From: Thermoplasmata archaeon
GTDB lineage: Archaea; Thermoplasmatota; E2; JACPAO01; JAHFTW01
Assembly (NCBI GenBank): GCA_034667725.1
Contig: JAXDQS010000005.1
Coordinates: 127,228 to 191,227, forward strand
Direction of reading: 5' to 3'
DNA: 64,000 nucleotides
Made by a program: the position numbers and the translations under genes. Each line of letters starts with the position of its first letter. Position 1 is the stretch's first letter. Below the pieces are notes generated by a model. That model did not search any database, was not told the DNA's origin, and saw nothing but the letters and a program-made list of their open reading frames with translations. Positions 8,744 through 18,509 of the stretch are shown here, piece by piece.

Positions 8744-11700
8744 TCAAGCCGCTTCCACCGCCGCCGGCCGCACCGTCCGCGTCGGCTTGACCTCGGCGCG
8801 CACGACGGCGCCGTCGATGTCCCACGCGGGGCCTTTGGTGGCCGGGCCGAACGACAAGTGGCGGGCGCGCACTTCGGCCTTGAGCACGTGGAGGAACTGC
8901 TGGAGCTGGGCTTCCTGGTCGGGGCCGCAGCCGATTTCGACGTCGACCTCCTCGGCGATGGGCAGGTCCAGTTCCTTGCGGACCTCCTGAATGCGGCGGA
9001 CGACCTCGCGCACGAGGGCTTCGGCCAGGAGCTTCTCGTCGCGCAGGACGTGGAGCGCCAGGATGACGTCGCCGACCTTGGTGGTGGCCCAGCCGGGGCG
9101 GTCGCGCTCCTCGAACAGCACGTGCTCGGCGCCGAGGGCGTGGTCTTGGCCTTCGACGTTGACGCCGACGGTCTTGCCGGCGGCGAGCTGGCGGTGGGCG
9201 GCGTCGCCGTCGAGGCCTTCGATGGCGTCCGCGATGGGGCCGCCGAGCTTCTTGAACGCCTTGCCCAAAGCGGCGCGGTTGGGCTTGGCGACGAACTGCT
9301 TGAAGGCGGCGGCGTCGGGGGCGGTCTCGATGGCCTTGACGTTGATCTCTTCTTGGAGGATGGCGCCGAACCGGCCGGCCTCCTGGCCCACCAGGACGGC
9401 GCGGCCGAGCGGGTGGCGGGTCGGGATGTTGACCTTGCTGCGGAGGGCGCGGGCGGCCTCGGCGAGGCTCCGGACGGTGGCCATCTCGCGCTCAAGGGCC
9501 TCCTCGCGGGCGCCGGGCTCGGGCAGGAGGGCGAGATGGACGCTGGCGGGGTCTTGGTCGGTGCGCAGCAGGGGCCACATCGACTCGACCATGAAGGGCG
9601 CGAACGGCGCCACCATGCGGCTGATCGTGTGCAGCGCGGTCCAGAGGGCGCTGTGGGCGGAGCGCTTGTCCTTGGAGTCGCGTTCGGCCCAGAAGCGGTC
9701 GCGGCTGCGGCGCAGCCACCAGTTGGAGAGGTCGTCGATGACGAAGGCCTCGATGGCGCGGGTGGCCTTGTGCAGGTGGTAGCGGTCGGCCTCGAAGCGC
9801 GCCTCGGTAAGGGTGGCGTTGAGGCGGGACAGCAGCCAGCGGTCCAGGTCGCTCCACTCCTTGGGCGGCACGGCTTGGCTGGGCGTCCAGTGGTCGAGGC
9901 CGGCGTACTGGTGGTGGAACAGGAAGGTGTTCCAGAGGGTGCTGAAGAACTTCCCGAAGGTCTCGCGGACGGCCTCCTCGTAGAACCGCTTGTCCTGCCA
10001 GGGCGCCGTGGCCGACAGGAGGTACCAGCGGGTGGCGTCGGCGCCTTGGGTGGCAAAGACGTGGTCGGGCGGGACGTAGTTCTTCTTCGACTTCGACATC
10101 TTGGTGCCGTCTTCCGCCAGGATGAGGCCGTTGACCACGCAGTTGCGGTAGGCAGGTCCCTGGAACAGGCCGGCGGCCTTGGCGTCGGGGGCTTGGCCGA
10201 GGGCGGTGGCAGACGCCAGGAGCGAGTAGAACCAGCCGCGGGTCTGGTCGAGACCTTCCGAGATGAAGTCGATTGGCCACTGGGCCTGGAGGTTCGGGTT
10301 CTGGAGGCTGGTGGCCTTCCATTGCGCGAACTGGGCGGCGCCGGAGTCGTACCAGACGTCGATGACGTAGGGCTCGCGCTCGGCCTTGCCGCCGCACTTG
10401 GCGCACGCAATCGGCTGGTCGACGTAGGGGCGGTGCAGCTCGGGGGCCTTGATGCCGGCCTTCTCCAGTTCGGCGCGGCTGCCGAGGCAGCGCTGGGCGC
10501 CGCAGGAGGTGCAGGTCCAGATTGGCAGCGGCGTGCCCCAGAAGCGGCTGCGGCTGAACGCCCAGTCCTTGACGTTGCGCAGCCAGTCGCCCATGCGGCC
10601 CTCCTGGATAGTCTCGGGCACCCAGTTGATCTGCTGGTTGTTCGCCAAGAGTTGGCCGCGCAGCTGGCTCATGCGGATGTACCAGGAGTCCATCGCGTAG
10701 TACAGGAGCGGGTGGCCGGTGCGCCAGCAGTGCGGGTAGCTGTGCTCGTAGGTCTCGGAGCGGTAGAGGGAATCCGTCGCCTTGAGATGCTGGAGGATGC
10801 GTGCCTCGGTGTCCGCCGCCTTGACGGGGAGCCCGCCGACGCCGCCGGGGACGTGGCCGAGGAAGCTGCCGTCGAGGCCGACGGTGTGCTGCGCGGGCAG
10901 GTTCTCGCGCATCCCGAGCTGGTAGTCGTCCTCGCCGTACATCACGGCGGTGTGGACAACACCGGTGCCGTCCTCGGTGGTGACGAACTCGGCGGGCACG
11001 ACGACGAACGCCTTCTTGCCGGTGGGGTCGACGGCGCCGGGAAACAGCGGGCGGTACTTCCTGCCCACCAGGTCGCGGCCCTTCATCTCCGCGATCACCT
11101 GCGACTCGTTCCGAAGCGCCTTCTTCTGGAGCGCCTTGGCGACGATCAGCACCTCGCCCTCCTTGGCGTCGGCCTTGTCGGAGGCCTTGAGCACGCGGAC
11201 CTTGACGTACTCGATGTCGGGCCCGACGGCGAGCGCGACGTTGCCGGGCAGCGTCCACGGCGTCGTGGTCCAGGAGAGGACGCGGGCGCCGTCCTTGTCG
11301 CCCTCGAGGTGGAACTTGACGAAGACCGCGGTGTCCTTGACGTCCTTGTAGCCGAGCGCCACCTCGTGGCTGGAGTAGCTGGTGCCGGTCTGCGGGCAGT
11401 AGGGGACGACCTTGTGGGCCTTGTGCAGCAGGCCCTGCTCCCACAGGCGCTGAAGGCTCCACCACACGGACTCGATGTAGCCGTCGTCCATCGTGACGTA
11501 GGGGTCGGCGTAGTCGAGCCAGAAGCCGACGCGCTCCGACATGGCCTCCCAGTCCTTCTTGTAGCGGAACACGGAGTCGCGGCACTTCTGGTTGAACCGG
11601 TCCATGCCGTACTCCAGGATCTGGCCGACATGCTCGATGCCCAGCTCCTTCTGCACCTCGATCTCGACCGGCAGGCCATGGCAGTCCCAGCCGGCCTTGC

Positions 11701-11962
11701 GCGGCACCCACTTGCCCTGCATCGCGTGGTAGCGGCAAACGGCGTCCTTCAGGGTGCGCGTCAGCACGTGGCCCGGGTGGGGCAGGCCGTTCGCGGTCGG
11801 CGGGCCCTCCAGGAACACGAACTTGCGGGCAGGGTCCTGCGCCGCGTTGGCCTTGCCCTGCTCGACCTGGCGCTGGAAGGTGCCCTCGCGGGCCCACTTC
11901 TCGAGGACGCGCCGCTCCATCACGTCGGGCACGTAGCGCTTGGGGACGGCGGGGCGTTCCAT
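8744..11962 (-). CDS. ileS: Isoleucine--tRNA ligase (IleRS2, archaeal/eukaryote-like)
   Basis: EGPPTANGLPHPGH, GWDCHGLP, WTTTPWTLP, GTGVVH, EGLDQTRGWFY, KMSKS. Confidence 0.97.
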   Translation of the reverse strand: MERPAVPKRYVPDVMERRVLEKWAREGTFQRQVEQGKANAAQDPARKFVFLEGPPTANGLPHPGHVLTRTLKDAVCRYHAMQGKWVPRKAGWDCHGLPVEIEVQKELGIEHVGQILEYGMDRFNQKCRDSVFRYKKDWEAMSERVGFWLDYADPYVTMDDGYIESVWWSLQRLWEQGLLHKAHKVVPYCPQTGTSYSSHEVALGYKDVKDTAVFVKFHLEGDKDGARVLSWTTTPWTLPGNVALAVGPDIEYVKVRVLKASDKADAKEGEVLIVAKALQKKALRNESQVIAEMKGRDLVGRKYRPLFPGAVDPTGKKAFVVVPAEFVTTEDGTGVVHTAVMYGEDDYQLGMRENLPAQHTVGLDGSFLGHVPGGVGGLPVKAADTEARILQHLKATDSLYRSETYEHSYPHCWRTGHPLLYYAMDSWYIRMSQLRGQLLANNQQINWVPETIQEGRMGDWLRNVKDWAFSRSRFWGTPLPIWTCTSCGAQRCLGSRAELEKAGIKAPELHRPYVDQPIACAKCGGKAEREPYVIDVWYDSGAAQFAQWKATSLQNPNLQAQWPIDFISEGLDQTRGWFYSLLASATALGQAPDAKAAGLFQGPAYRNCVVNGLILAEDGTKMSKSKKNYVPPDHVFATQGADATRWYLLSATAPWQDKRFYEEAVRETFGKFFSTLWNTFLFHHQYAGLDHWTPSQAVPPKEWSDLDRWLLSRLNATLTEARFEADRYHLHKATRAIEAFVIDDLSNWWLRRSRDRFWAERDSKDKRSAHSALWTALHTISRMVAPFAPFMVESMWPLLRTDQDPASVHLALLPEPGAREEALEREMATVRSLAEAARALRSKVNIPTRHPLGRAVLVGQEAGRFGAILQEEINVKAIETAPDAAAFKQFVAKPNRAALGKAFKKLGGPIADAIEGLDGDAAHRQLAAGKTVGVNVEGQDHALGAEHVLFEERDRPGWATTKVGDVILALHVLRDEKLLAEALVREVVRRIQEVRKELDLPIAEEVDVEIGCGPDQEAQLQQFLHVLKAEVRARHLSFGPATKGPAWDIDGAVVRAEVKPTRTVRPAAVEAA

Positions 11963-12008
11963 CGGCGTCCCGGGAGTGTCCCCTGGTTCAAAAACGGCTA
12001 GTGGGGCG

Positions 12009-12395
12009 TCACTGGACCGTCAAGGTGCCGCTCATCTGGGTGCCGTGAATCTTGCAGTAGTAGCGGACCGTGCCCTTCTCCGCGAAGGTGCGCTGGTACT
12101 CGCTGGGGCCGCCGGGGCCGCCGACCTTGCCGCCCATCTCGTCGGAGCTCCAGGCCTCGCCGGCCTCGGTGACGTCGTGGGGCGCCGTGCCGTCGAGGAC
12201 CCAGACGACGGTGGCGTTGGCGGGCACGGCGGCGTCGGCGGGGACGAAGCGCAGCGCCGAGGTCATCTTGATGACGTAGCGGCCTTCGGCGTCGCGGGGC
12301 GGGGTCGCAGGGCCGGTGGTCTGGGTGGCGCAGCCCGCCAACAGCGGGGCGGCCAAGAGCAGGACCAGCAGGAATGCCTTCATGGGCCGCGGCAC
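12009..12395 (-). CDS. Blue (type 1) copper lipoprotein, plastocyanin/halocyanin-like
   Basis: Lipobox LAGC; ligands PHDV and YYCKIH...M. Confidence 0.85.
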   Translation of the reverse strand: MPRPMKAFLLVLLLAAPLLAGCATQTTGPATPPRDAEGRYVIKMTSALRFVPADAAVPANATVVWVLDGTAPHDVTEAGEAWSSDEMGGKVGGPGGPSEYQRTFAEKGTVRYYCKIHGTQMSGTLTVQ

Positions 12396-12428
12396 CGGGA
12401 CCTCGCCAAAAGCGCTTGCGATGGGGCG

Positions 12429-12905
12429 TCAAGCCGTCCGGCGGCGCACGAGGGCCGCCCCGACCAAGGCCAGCGGCAGCAGGGCGGCGGGGGCGGGCGC
12501 CCCGTTGTCGGTGGAGCCGGTGCCGACCGGCATCCGGCCCTTCATGCCGACCCCTTGGTGGGGCGCGCAGAAGTACTCCACGACGCCGTCGGCGTCGGTG
12601 GTGAAGGTCCCGGTGGCCGACTCGCCCTTGTTCAGGAGCCGGGCCACCTGCTTGTCGCCGACGTGGAAGTCGTGCTGCATGGTGCCGTCGTTGCGCACCT
12701 CGAAGGTGTAGGCCGTGTTGGGCTGCAGCACCACGCTCGGGTTGCGGCCGGGGATGCCCTCGAAGGTGAACCAGAACTGGCCGTTGAGGTCGTGGGCCGT
12801 GACGTGGAAGGTGTTGGGCTCGCTGTGCGCGCCCGCCAGGGGGGTCGCCGCCAGGGCCGCCGCGACGGCCGCCAAGGCCAGCCCGGCGCCAAGGCGGGCC
12901 CGCAT
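12429..12905 (-). CDS. Cupredoxin-domain surface protein with C-terminal TM and basic tail
   Basis: Signal peptide; HDF and YFCAPH...GM ligands; C-terminus APAPAALLPLALVGAALVRRRTA. Confidence 0.85.
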   Translation of the reverse strand: MRARLGAGLALAAVAAALAATPLAGAHSEPNTFHVTAHDLNGQFWFTFEGIPGRNPSVVLQPNTAYTFEVRNDGTMQHDFHVGDKQVARLLNKGESATGTFTTDADGVVEYFCAPHQGVGMKGRMPVGTGSTDNGAPAPAALLPLALVGAALVRRRTA

Positions 12906-12907
12906 CG

Positions 12908-14062
12908 TCACGCCGCCTTCCGGCGGCGGACGAGGGCGGCGGCCGCCAGGAGGCCGAGGGCCAGGGCGGGCCCGACGCCGGGGGCGAGCGGGTCCTGCGG
13001 GGCGGCGTCCTCGACGTCGACGCGGCCGCGCACCGGCGGGTCGAGGGGGGTGTGGTCGTTGTGGACCAGCTCGACGATGAGGATCTGGCCCTCCTCCAGG
13101 CCGGTGTAGCGGAACGCGGTGTCGGAGGTCATGGAGTCGCCGGGGGCTTGCTTGCAGGCCTCGAAGTCGTTGGTGCGCTCGGCGCGCTCGCAGACCAGGT
13201 AGTGCAGGTGGCCGGTGCCGGCGCTGCGGGGCTGGCCGACGGGCTCGGCGAGCGTGAAGCCGCTGACGGTGACGTTGATGTCGTAGGCCTGGCCGGCGCG
13301 GGGGACGCCGGAGCCGACCGTGATCTTGGGGGCCGTCACGACCTGGACGGCGCGGCGGGCGGGGTTGTAGGAGGTGCCGTCGTGGTTCACGAGCTCGACG
13401 GCGACGCGGTCGGCCAGCTTGAGGCCGTGGAACACGAACTTGTCGGCGCCGGTGGCGGCGGGCGCGCCGCCGGAGCAGTTGCCCGTGCAGGGGACGCCGT
13501 TGAGGGTGTAGAGGAAGTGGCCGGAGGTGCGGTTCTGGGGCAGCGGCGTCGGGGTGGGGGCCACCACCGTGAAGCCGATGGGGACGGCCTCCATGATGTA
13601 GTCCCCGGCGTTGGGCGTGCTGGTGCGGATCGCGACCGCGGGCTGCTCGTTGGGGGACGACTGGAGGCGGACGCCCTGCTCCACGAGGACGGGGGGGTCG
13701 TAGCTGGTGCCGTTGGCTTGCAGCACCTCCACGCTGACGCGGTCGCCGGCCTGGAGGTTGGCGAAGGTGAAGGTGGTCGCCGTCGTGCGGTAAGGGGCGC
13801 CGTGGGCGCAGATGGCGGCGCAGGGGGCCCCGTTCAGGCGGTACTCCAGGAAGGCGGTGGCTTTCTCCTGGTCGGAGGTGGCGTTCTCGCCCAGGCTGCC
13901 GCCGGGCGCCATGAGGGTGACGTTGCCGACCGCGACCACCATGGTGTGGTCGCCGACGCGGGGCGCCGGGCTCAACACCTCCAAGGCGGGGCGGGCCGAG
14001 GCGGCGGCAGCGGCGAGCGGGACGACCACCAGGAGGGCCACCAGGGCCACCGTCGGACGCAT
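12908..14062 (-). CDS. Secreted surface protein with three ~110-aa repeats (GHLH...VELVxNDH type) and a PGF-CTERM-like anchor
   Basis: Signal peptide MRPTVALV...; repeats end VEVLQANGTSYDPP, VELVNHDGTSYNPA and VELVHNDHTPLDPP; C-terminus APGVGPALALGLLAAAALVRRRK. Confidence 0.75.
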   Translation of the reverse strand: MRPTVALVALLVVVPLAAAAASARPALEVLSPAPRVGDHTMVVAVGNVTLMAPGGSLGENATSDQEKATAFLEYRLNGAPCAAICAHGAPYRTTATTFTFANLQAGDRVSVEVLQANGTSYDPPVLVEQGVRLQSSPNEQPAVAIRTSTPNAGDYIMEAVPIGFTVVAPTPTPLPQNRTSGHFLYTLNGVPCTGNCSGGAPAATGADKFVFHGLKLADRVAVELVNHDGTSYNPARRAVQVVTAPKITVGSGVPRAGQAYDINVTVSGFTLAEPVGQPRSAGTGHLHYLVCERAERTNDFEACKQAPGDSMTSDTAFRYTGLEEGQILIVELVHNDHTPLDPPVRGRVDVEDAAPQDPLAPGVGPALALGLLAAAALVRRRKAA

Positions 14063-14122
14063 CGCGCGAAGCAGAGGCCTGCGCCGTTTAGGCCTTCTGG
14101 GATTGGCGCCTTGCCCGCCGCG

Positions 14123-14965
14123 ATGCCCGAGCCGGTCCCCGTGCACGACAACCACTTCCACTGCCACCCGGGCGGCTGGAAGGGGATGGGCGCGGTGCGG
14201 GAGTTCATGGCGGCCGGCGGCACCAGCATCGCCCACGTCCGGCTGCCGACGTATCCGGCGACGGTGGAGCGGTTCGAGGCGGACTGCCGGGCCCACCTGG
14301 CGTTCTCGGCCGCCATCCGGAAGGAGACGGGCTGCCGGGCGTGGTCCGCCGTCGGCCCGTACCCGTTGGAGCCGATGAAGGTGGCCGAGGCGGACGGCTG
14401 GGAGGCGGCGGAGGCGTTCGCGCGCGGCTGCTACGACGTGGCCGCCCGCCTGTGCGAGGAAGGGCTGGCCCATTGCATCGGCGAGGTGGGGCGGGCGCAC
14501 TTCGAGGTCCCCGCCGAGACCCAGCACCGGCTCAACGGGCTGCTGGAGTACGGGATGGGGCGCGCGAAGGACGCCGGCGTCCCCATCATGCTGCACACCG
14601 AGCACACCGAGCCGGCCACCATGGCGGAGTTCGCCGCGATGGCCGACCGGGCGGGGCTGGCCCGGGACCGCGTCATCAAGCACTACTGCGGGCCCCTCGT
14701 GCTGGACGGCGAGACGCATGGGCTGGTCCCCAGCATCATCGCGGGCCGCAGCAACATCCGGGCCGCGTTGCAGAAGGCGCCCGGCCAGGCGCGGTTCGTG
14801 CTGGAGACCGACTACATCGACGAGCCGACCCGCCCCGACGTCGTAATGCCGTGCGACACCGTTCCCAAGCGGGTGAAGGGCTTGTTGCAGAACGGGGATT
14901 TGACGGAGACGCAAGCCTGGTCGATCGGGGACGGGATGCCCAGGAAGCTCTACGGCGAGCCGTGA
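14123..14965 (+). CDS. TatD-related metal-dependent hydrolase (archaeal type)
   Basis: DNHFH, IGEVGRAH, LHTE, VIKH and ETDYID motifs. Confidence 0.88.
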   Translation: MPEPVPVHDNHFHCHPGGWKGMGAVREFMAAGGTSIAHVRLPTYPATVERFEADCRAHLAFSAAIRKETGCRAWSAVGPYPLEPMKVAEADGWEAAEAFARGCYDVAARLCEEGLAHCIGEVGRAHFEVPAETQHRLNGLLEYGMGRAKDAGVPIMLHTEHTEPATMAEFAAMADRAGLARDRVIKHYCGPLVLDGETHGLVPSIIAGRSNIRAALQKAPGQARFVLETDYIDEPTRPDVVMPCDTVPKRVKGLLQNGDLTETQAWSIGDGMPRKLYGEP

Positions 14966-15042
14966 AGGCGAAAGCAACGCCGGAAGCTTTTGCGAAGGAC
15001 GCAGCGTTGCTTGCGGGAGTCGTGCAGGCAGGCGGCTGCGTC

Positions 15043-15071
15043 CCAGCGCGCTCGGTGGGATTCGAACCCAC
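15043..15071 (-). repeat. Exact 29-bp duplicate of the tRNA-Arg 3' end (T-arm, acceptor and 4 nt of flank)
   Basis: ccagcgcgctcggtgggattcgaacccac occurs at 15043-15071 and 15171-15199. Confidence 0.92.
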
Positions 15072-15174
15072 CCGCTACGGCCCTCAGGAGGGCCGCAGCG
15101 TCCGGGCGCGCTTCGCTGCCCTGTGGGCCCGACTCCCAGCCGCGCCTCTGCCCGGCGCGCTTCGCGGCCTCCAG

Positions 15175-15249
15175 CGCGCTCGGTGGGATTCGAACCCACG
15201 TGCTCTGGCTTAGGAGGCCAGTGCCCAATCCAAGCTAGACGACGAGCGC
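15175..15249 (-). tRNA. tRNA-Arg (CCT)
   Basis: Acceptor GCGCTCG/CGAGCGC, anticodon arm CTGGC-CTCCTAA-GCCAG, T-arm GTGGG-TTCGAAT-CCCAC; CCA not encoded. Confidence 0.95.
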
Positions 15250-15333
15250 AGCGGCTTTTGCCACGGGCCGCGCCGTTTCAACGCTTCGCCGGTGGCCAGA
15301 AGCTCCTTGAACCGACGGCTGGCTGCCCGTCCC

Positions 15334-15786
15334 GTGCCCAAGCTGTGGATTGCCGCATTGCCCTGTTTGTTGCTGCTCGCCCCCGCCGTCGCCGGCGACC
15401 ACCTCCAGGAGCAGGTCGTCACCCGGGCGTGCGTGGTCAAGGCCGGAGGGCAGGACGTCGCGTCCACGTGCGACTACTACCTGCAGCACTCGGTGACCAA
15501 GCAGTCGTGCAACCTTGCCACCTGCCGCATCAAGCACACCTGCATCGTGACGCTGTACGGCCACTTGGCGGAGTCGGACTACCTGTGCGGCGACGAGGCG
15601 GGCGCCCTCGCCGTGGCCCCCCTTGCCAGCTACGCCTACGCCAGCCGCACCGACGCGGACTTCCTCGCGCCCCTTGGCACCTGCTACGACTTCACGGTGT
15701 CCGGCAGCGCCCGGGCCCCGGTCGTGGCTGGCACCCCCGTCGGCACCACGGGGTCGTTCGCGCACACCATCAGCGTCTGCGCGTAG
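15334..15786 (+). CDS. Secreted Cys-rich hypothetical protein
   Basis: GTG start, signal peptide ending AVA, 8 Cys in the mature part. Confidence 0.65.
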   Translation: MPKLWIAALPCLLLLAPAVAGDHLQEQVVTRACVVKAGGQDVASTCDYYLQHSVTKQSCNLATCRIKHTCIVTLYGHLAESDYLCGDEAGALAVAPLASYAYASRTDADFLAPLGTCYDFTVSGSARAPVVAGTPVGTTGSFAHTISVCA

Positions 15787-15845
15787 CGTCCTTCCACCAA
15801 CCCCCGCCCGCCCACCCTTAAGCGGCCGCGGCATCTCCAGGCTCC

Positions 15846-17525
15846 GTGCTGCGCCTGCTCGCGCTGCCCCTGCTCCTGCTGGCCGTCCCCCTCGCCGGCG
15901 CCGACCCGATGCTGGTGGCCGTGGTCCCGGACCTTCCCGGCAGCGAGGCGGGCGGCGAGGCGTTCGCGGTCGGCAGCGACACGGCCGCCGACCTGTCGGG
16001 CTGGACGGTCACGGACGGCGACCGCGCCTTCACGTTCCCTGCGGGCACGGCCGCCACGCCCGGCCAGCCCGTCTGGGTGGCGATGAACCAGGCCGAGTGG
16101 GCCCGCCACGGCGGCCCGCCCGCCCTCCTGGGCGACCTGCGGCTGGGCAACGACGGCGACACGCTGCGCCTTCTGGACCCGGCCGGCGCGGAGGCGGATG
16201 CCGTTTCCTGGGAGAGCGCCAGTCCCGGCCTCGTGCTCCAGCGCGACCGCGACCCGCTCTGGGTGGACACCGACCGCCCCCAAGACTGGGCGACGCCGCG
16301 CACCCACAAGGTCGGCGAGACCGCGCTGCCGCAGCCCACGTTCACGGTCCAGGCCATCACGGCCTACGCCTCGCCGGACAGCAGCTTCGCGGTCCTCGAC
16401 GGCTTGGCGCGGGGCGCGCGGGAGCGGCTGCACCTGCACGTGTACGAGCTGCGCTCGATGGAGCTGGTGGACGCCTTGGTCGCGGCCAAGGCGGCGTCCC
16501 CCGGCCTCGACCTGCAGGTCCTGGTGGACGAGGCGCCCGTGGGCATGACGGCCAGCGAGCGCCACCTGACGGCCGACGCGCTGCGCCGCGTCCAGGCCGC
16601 AGGCGGGCAGGCGTGGCTGGCGCAGCCGGGCCGCTACGACGACTGGCACCTCAAGGTGCTGGTCGCGGACGGTGTCGTCGCCCTCCAGTCCGAGAACTGG
16701 GTCGCGTCCGGCGTGCCGGTGGACCCGTCGACCGGCAACCGCGGCTGGGGCGTCGCGCTCCAGAGCCGCGAGGCCGCCGACTGGTTCGCCGGCTGGATGG
16801 CGGCCGACCGCGCCGCGTGGGACGTGGCGCCGTTCGAGCTCGCGGCCTTCGACCCCCAGTTCGAGCCGCCGGGCCGCGCCGCCGCCCGCGTCGGCGACTA
16901 CGGCCCCCTGGTGCCGGCGCGCCGGCTCGACGGGCCGTTCGAAGTGGTTCCCCTGGTCGCGCCCGACCACACCGCCGACCCGCGCCGCGACCCGGTCGCG
17001 CGCCTGGTGGCGGCCGCGCAGCGCCGCGTCGACGCCCAGCAGCTCGACCTGGCCGTCGAGGCGCGCAACCAGGTCGGCTGGGCCGGCCCCGACCCGCTGG
17101 CGGCCGCCTTCGCCGAGGCGGCGGGGCGCGGCGTCGCGGTGCGGGTGCAGGCCGCGGCGCCGTTTGCCGCGACCGACGCCGGCAACGGGCCGGAGCTGGC
17201 TTGGCTGGCGGCGCGCGGGGTGGCGACCCAGGTGCTGGACCGGCCCGGTCTGGGGACGCTGCACAACAAGGGGATCGTCGTGGACGACGCCGTGGTGCTG
17301 GGCAGCATGAACGGGAACCACCACTCCCGCAGCGAGAACCGGGAGGCGGGCGTGGTGCTGCGCGGGCCGGGCGTCGCCGACTACTACGCGGCCTTGTTCG
17401 AGGCCGACTGGGCGGGCGAGACGGAGCGCGACTGGTCGGTCGTGGGCCAAGACCTGCGCGGGCTGCCTGCGCAGGGGCCAATCGTTATCCTCGGGTTGCT
17501 TTTGGCGTCCCGGAGCCGCCGTTGA
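15846..17525 (+). CDS. Phospholipase D-like protein with N-terminal lamin-tail-like domain and C-terminal anchor
   Basis: Two HKD motifs (HLKVLVAD, HNKGIVVD...GSMN); 'DLSGWTVTDG' and 'LGNDGD' LTD-like segments; signal peptide. Confidence 0.88.
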   Translation: MLRLLALPLLLLAVPLAGADPMLVAVVPDLPGSEAGGEAFAVGSDTAADLSGWTVTDGDRAFTFPAGTAATPGQPVWVAMNQAEWARHGGPPALLGDLRLGNDGDTLRLLDPAGAEADAVSWESASPGLVLQRDRDPLWVDTDRPQDWATPRTHKVGETALPQPTFTVQAITAYASPDSSFAVLDGLARGARERLHLHVYELRSMELVDALVAAKAASPGLDLQVLVDEAPVGMTASERHLTADALRRVQAAGGQAWLAQPGRYDDWHLKVLVADGVVALQSENWVASGVPVDPSTGNRGWGVALQSREAADWFAGWMAADRAAWDVAPFELAAFDPQFEPPGRAAARVGDYGPLVPARRLDGPFEVVPLVAPDHTADPRRDPVARLVAAAQRRVDAQQLDLAVEARNQVGWAGPDPLAAAFAEAAGRGVAVRVQAAAPFAATDAGNGPELAWLAARGVATQVLDRPGLGTLHNKGIVVDDAVVLGSMNGNHHSRSENREAGVVLRGPGVADYYAALFEADWAGETERDWSVVGQDLRGLPAQGPIVILGLLLASRSRR

Positions 17526-18496
17526 GCCTGCACCCCGCTTCCTGGGCCGCCCTTGGCTGCATCGCCGCGACCATCGCCGTGGCGCTGTGGCGCCGCTGGC
17601 CGGCGACCGGGGTCCTCATCGCGGGCAACGTGGTGGTGTTCCTGCTGTCGCTGGCGGGGCCCCAGTTCGCGGAGCAGTTCCTGCTCTCGGACGGCCGGGT
17701 CTACCAGACGATGAGCCCGCTGGTGAGCGAGCAGCTGCTGTTCCACAGCGGCAACCTGCTGGAGTTCGTCCCCATCGGCGTCGTCCAGCTGGTGTCGCAC
17801 CAGTTCCTGCACGCCGACTTCCTCCACCTGTTCGGCAACATGCTCATGCTGTTCTTCCTCGGCTTGCCCTTCGAGGAGCGCATTGGGGCGCGCCGCTTCG
17901 TGGCCATCTACCTGTTCGCGGGCCTTGTTGGCGCGCTGGCGGAGCTTGTGGTCGCCCTGCCCGGCACGGTGCGGATGCTGGGCGCCTCGGGGGCCGTGGC
18001 GGGCGTCATCGGCGCGTTCGCCGTCAGCCACCCCAACCAGCAGGTCCCCATGCCGGTGCCGGCGATCTTCATCACCTTCTTCGTCCGGATGCGGGTGTGG
18101 ATCGCCGCCGTGCTGTTCGTGACGCTCCAGTTCGTCTACATGTACGCCTTCGGCGGCCGCGACAACACCGCCTACATCGCGCACATCGGCGGCCTGCTTG
18201 GAGGTGCCCTGATGTCGTTCCTGATCGTCCGGCGCTCCAAGGAGGCGGGGGTCGTGCGCCCGGTCGCGGTGGACCTGAAGAACCTGGCCCGGTTCGCCAA
18301 CGACCCGAACACCCAGCAGGTGCTGCGCCACATGCAGGTCAACCACGACGAGCCGGCGGTGTTCCAGGCCTGGCTCGACCGGTTCTTCACCTCCGCCACC
18401 TGCCCGACCTGCCAGCACAAGGTCGCGCCCCGCCACCAGGGCGAAGTGGTCTGCACCCAAGGCCACCGCTTCGACGTCCGCCAGGCCAAAGCCTGA
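17522..18496 (+). CDS. Rhomboid intramembrane serine protease with C-terminal zinc ribbon
   Basis: HLFGNM, GASGA, AHIGG; C-terminal CPTC...CTQGH; TTG start overlaps the upstream stop. Confidence 0.88.
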   Translation: MSLHPASWAALGCIAATIAVALWRRWPATGVLIAGNVVVFLLSLAGPQFAEQFLLSDGRVYQTMSPLVSEQLLFHSGNLLEFVPIGVVQLVSHQFLHADFLHLFGNMLMLFFLGLPFEERIGARRFVAIYLFAGLVGALAELVVALPGTVRMLGASGAVAGVIGAFAVSHPNQQVPMPVPAIFITFFVRMRVWIAAVLFVTLQFVYMYAFGGRDNTAYIAHIGGLLGGALMSFLIVRRSKEAGVVRPVAVDLKNLARFANDPNTQQVLRHMQVNHDEPAVFQAWLDRFFTSATCPTCQHKVAPRHQGEVVCTQGHRFDVRQAKA

Positions 18497-18509
18497 AGGC
18501 GACGCCGCA

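Noticed and set aside
14970-15013. Inverted repeat AAGCAACGC/GCGTTGCTT after the TatD-like gene
   Set aside because: Single short hairpin between convergent transcripts with no second copy seen; too weak to call as a terminator or element.
15043-15071. A second tRNA gene or a split tRNA
   Set aside because: Only the T-arm and acceptor 3' strand are present; no D or anticodon arm and no evident bulge-helix-bulge flank.
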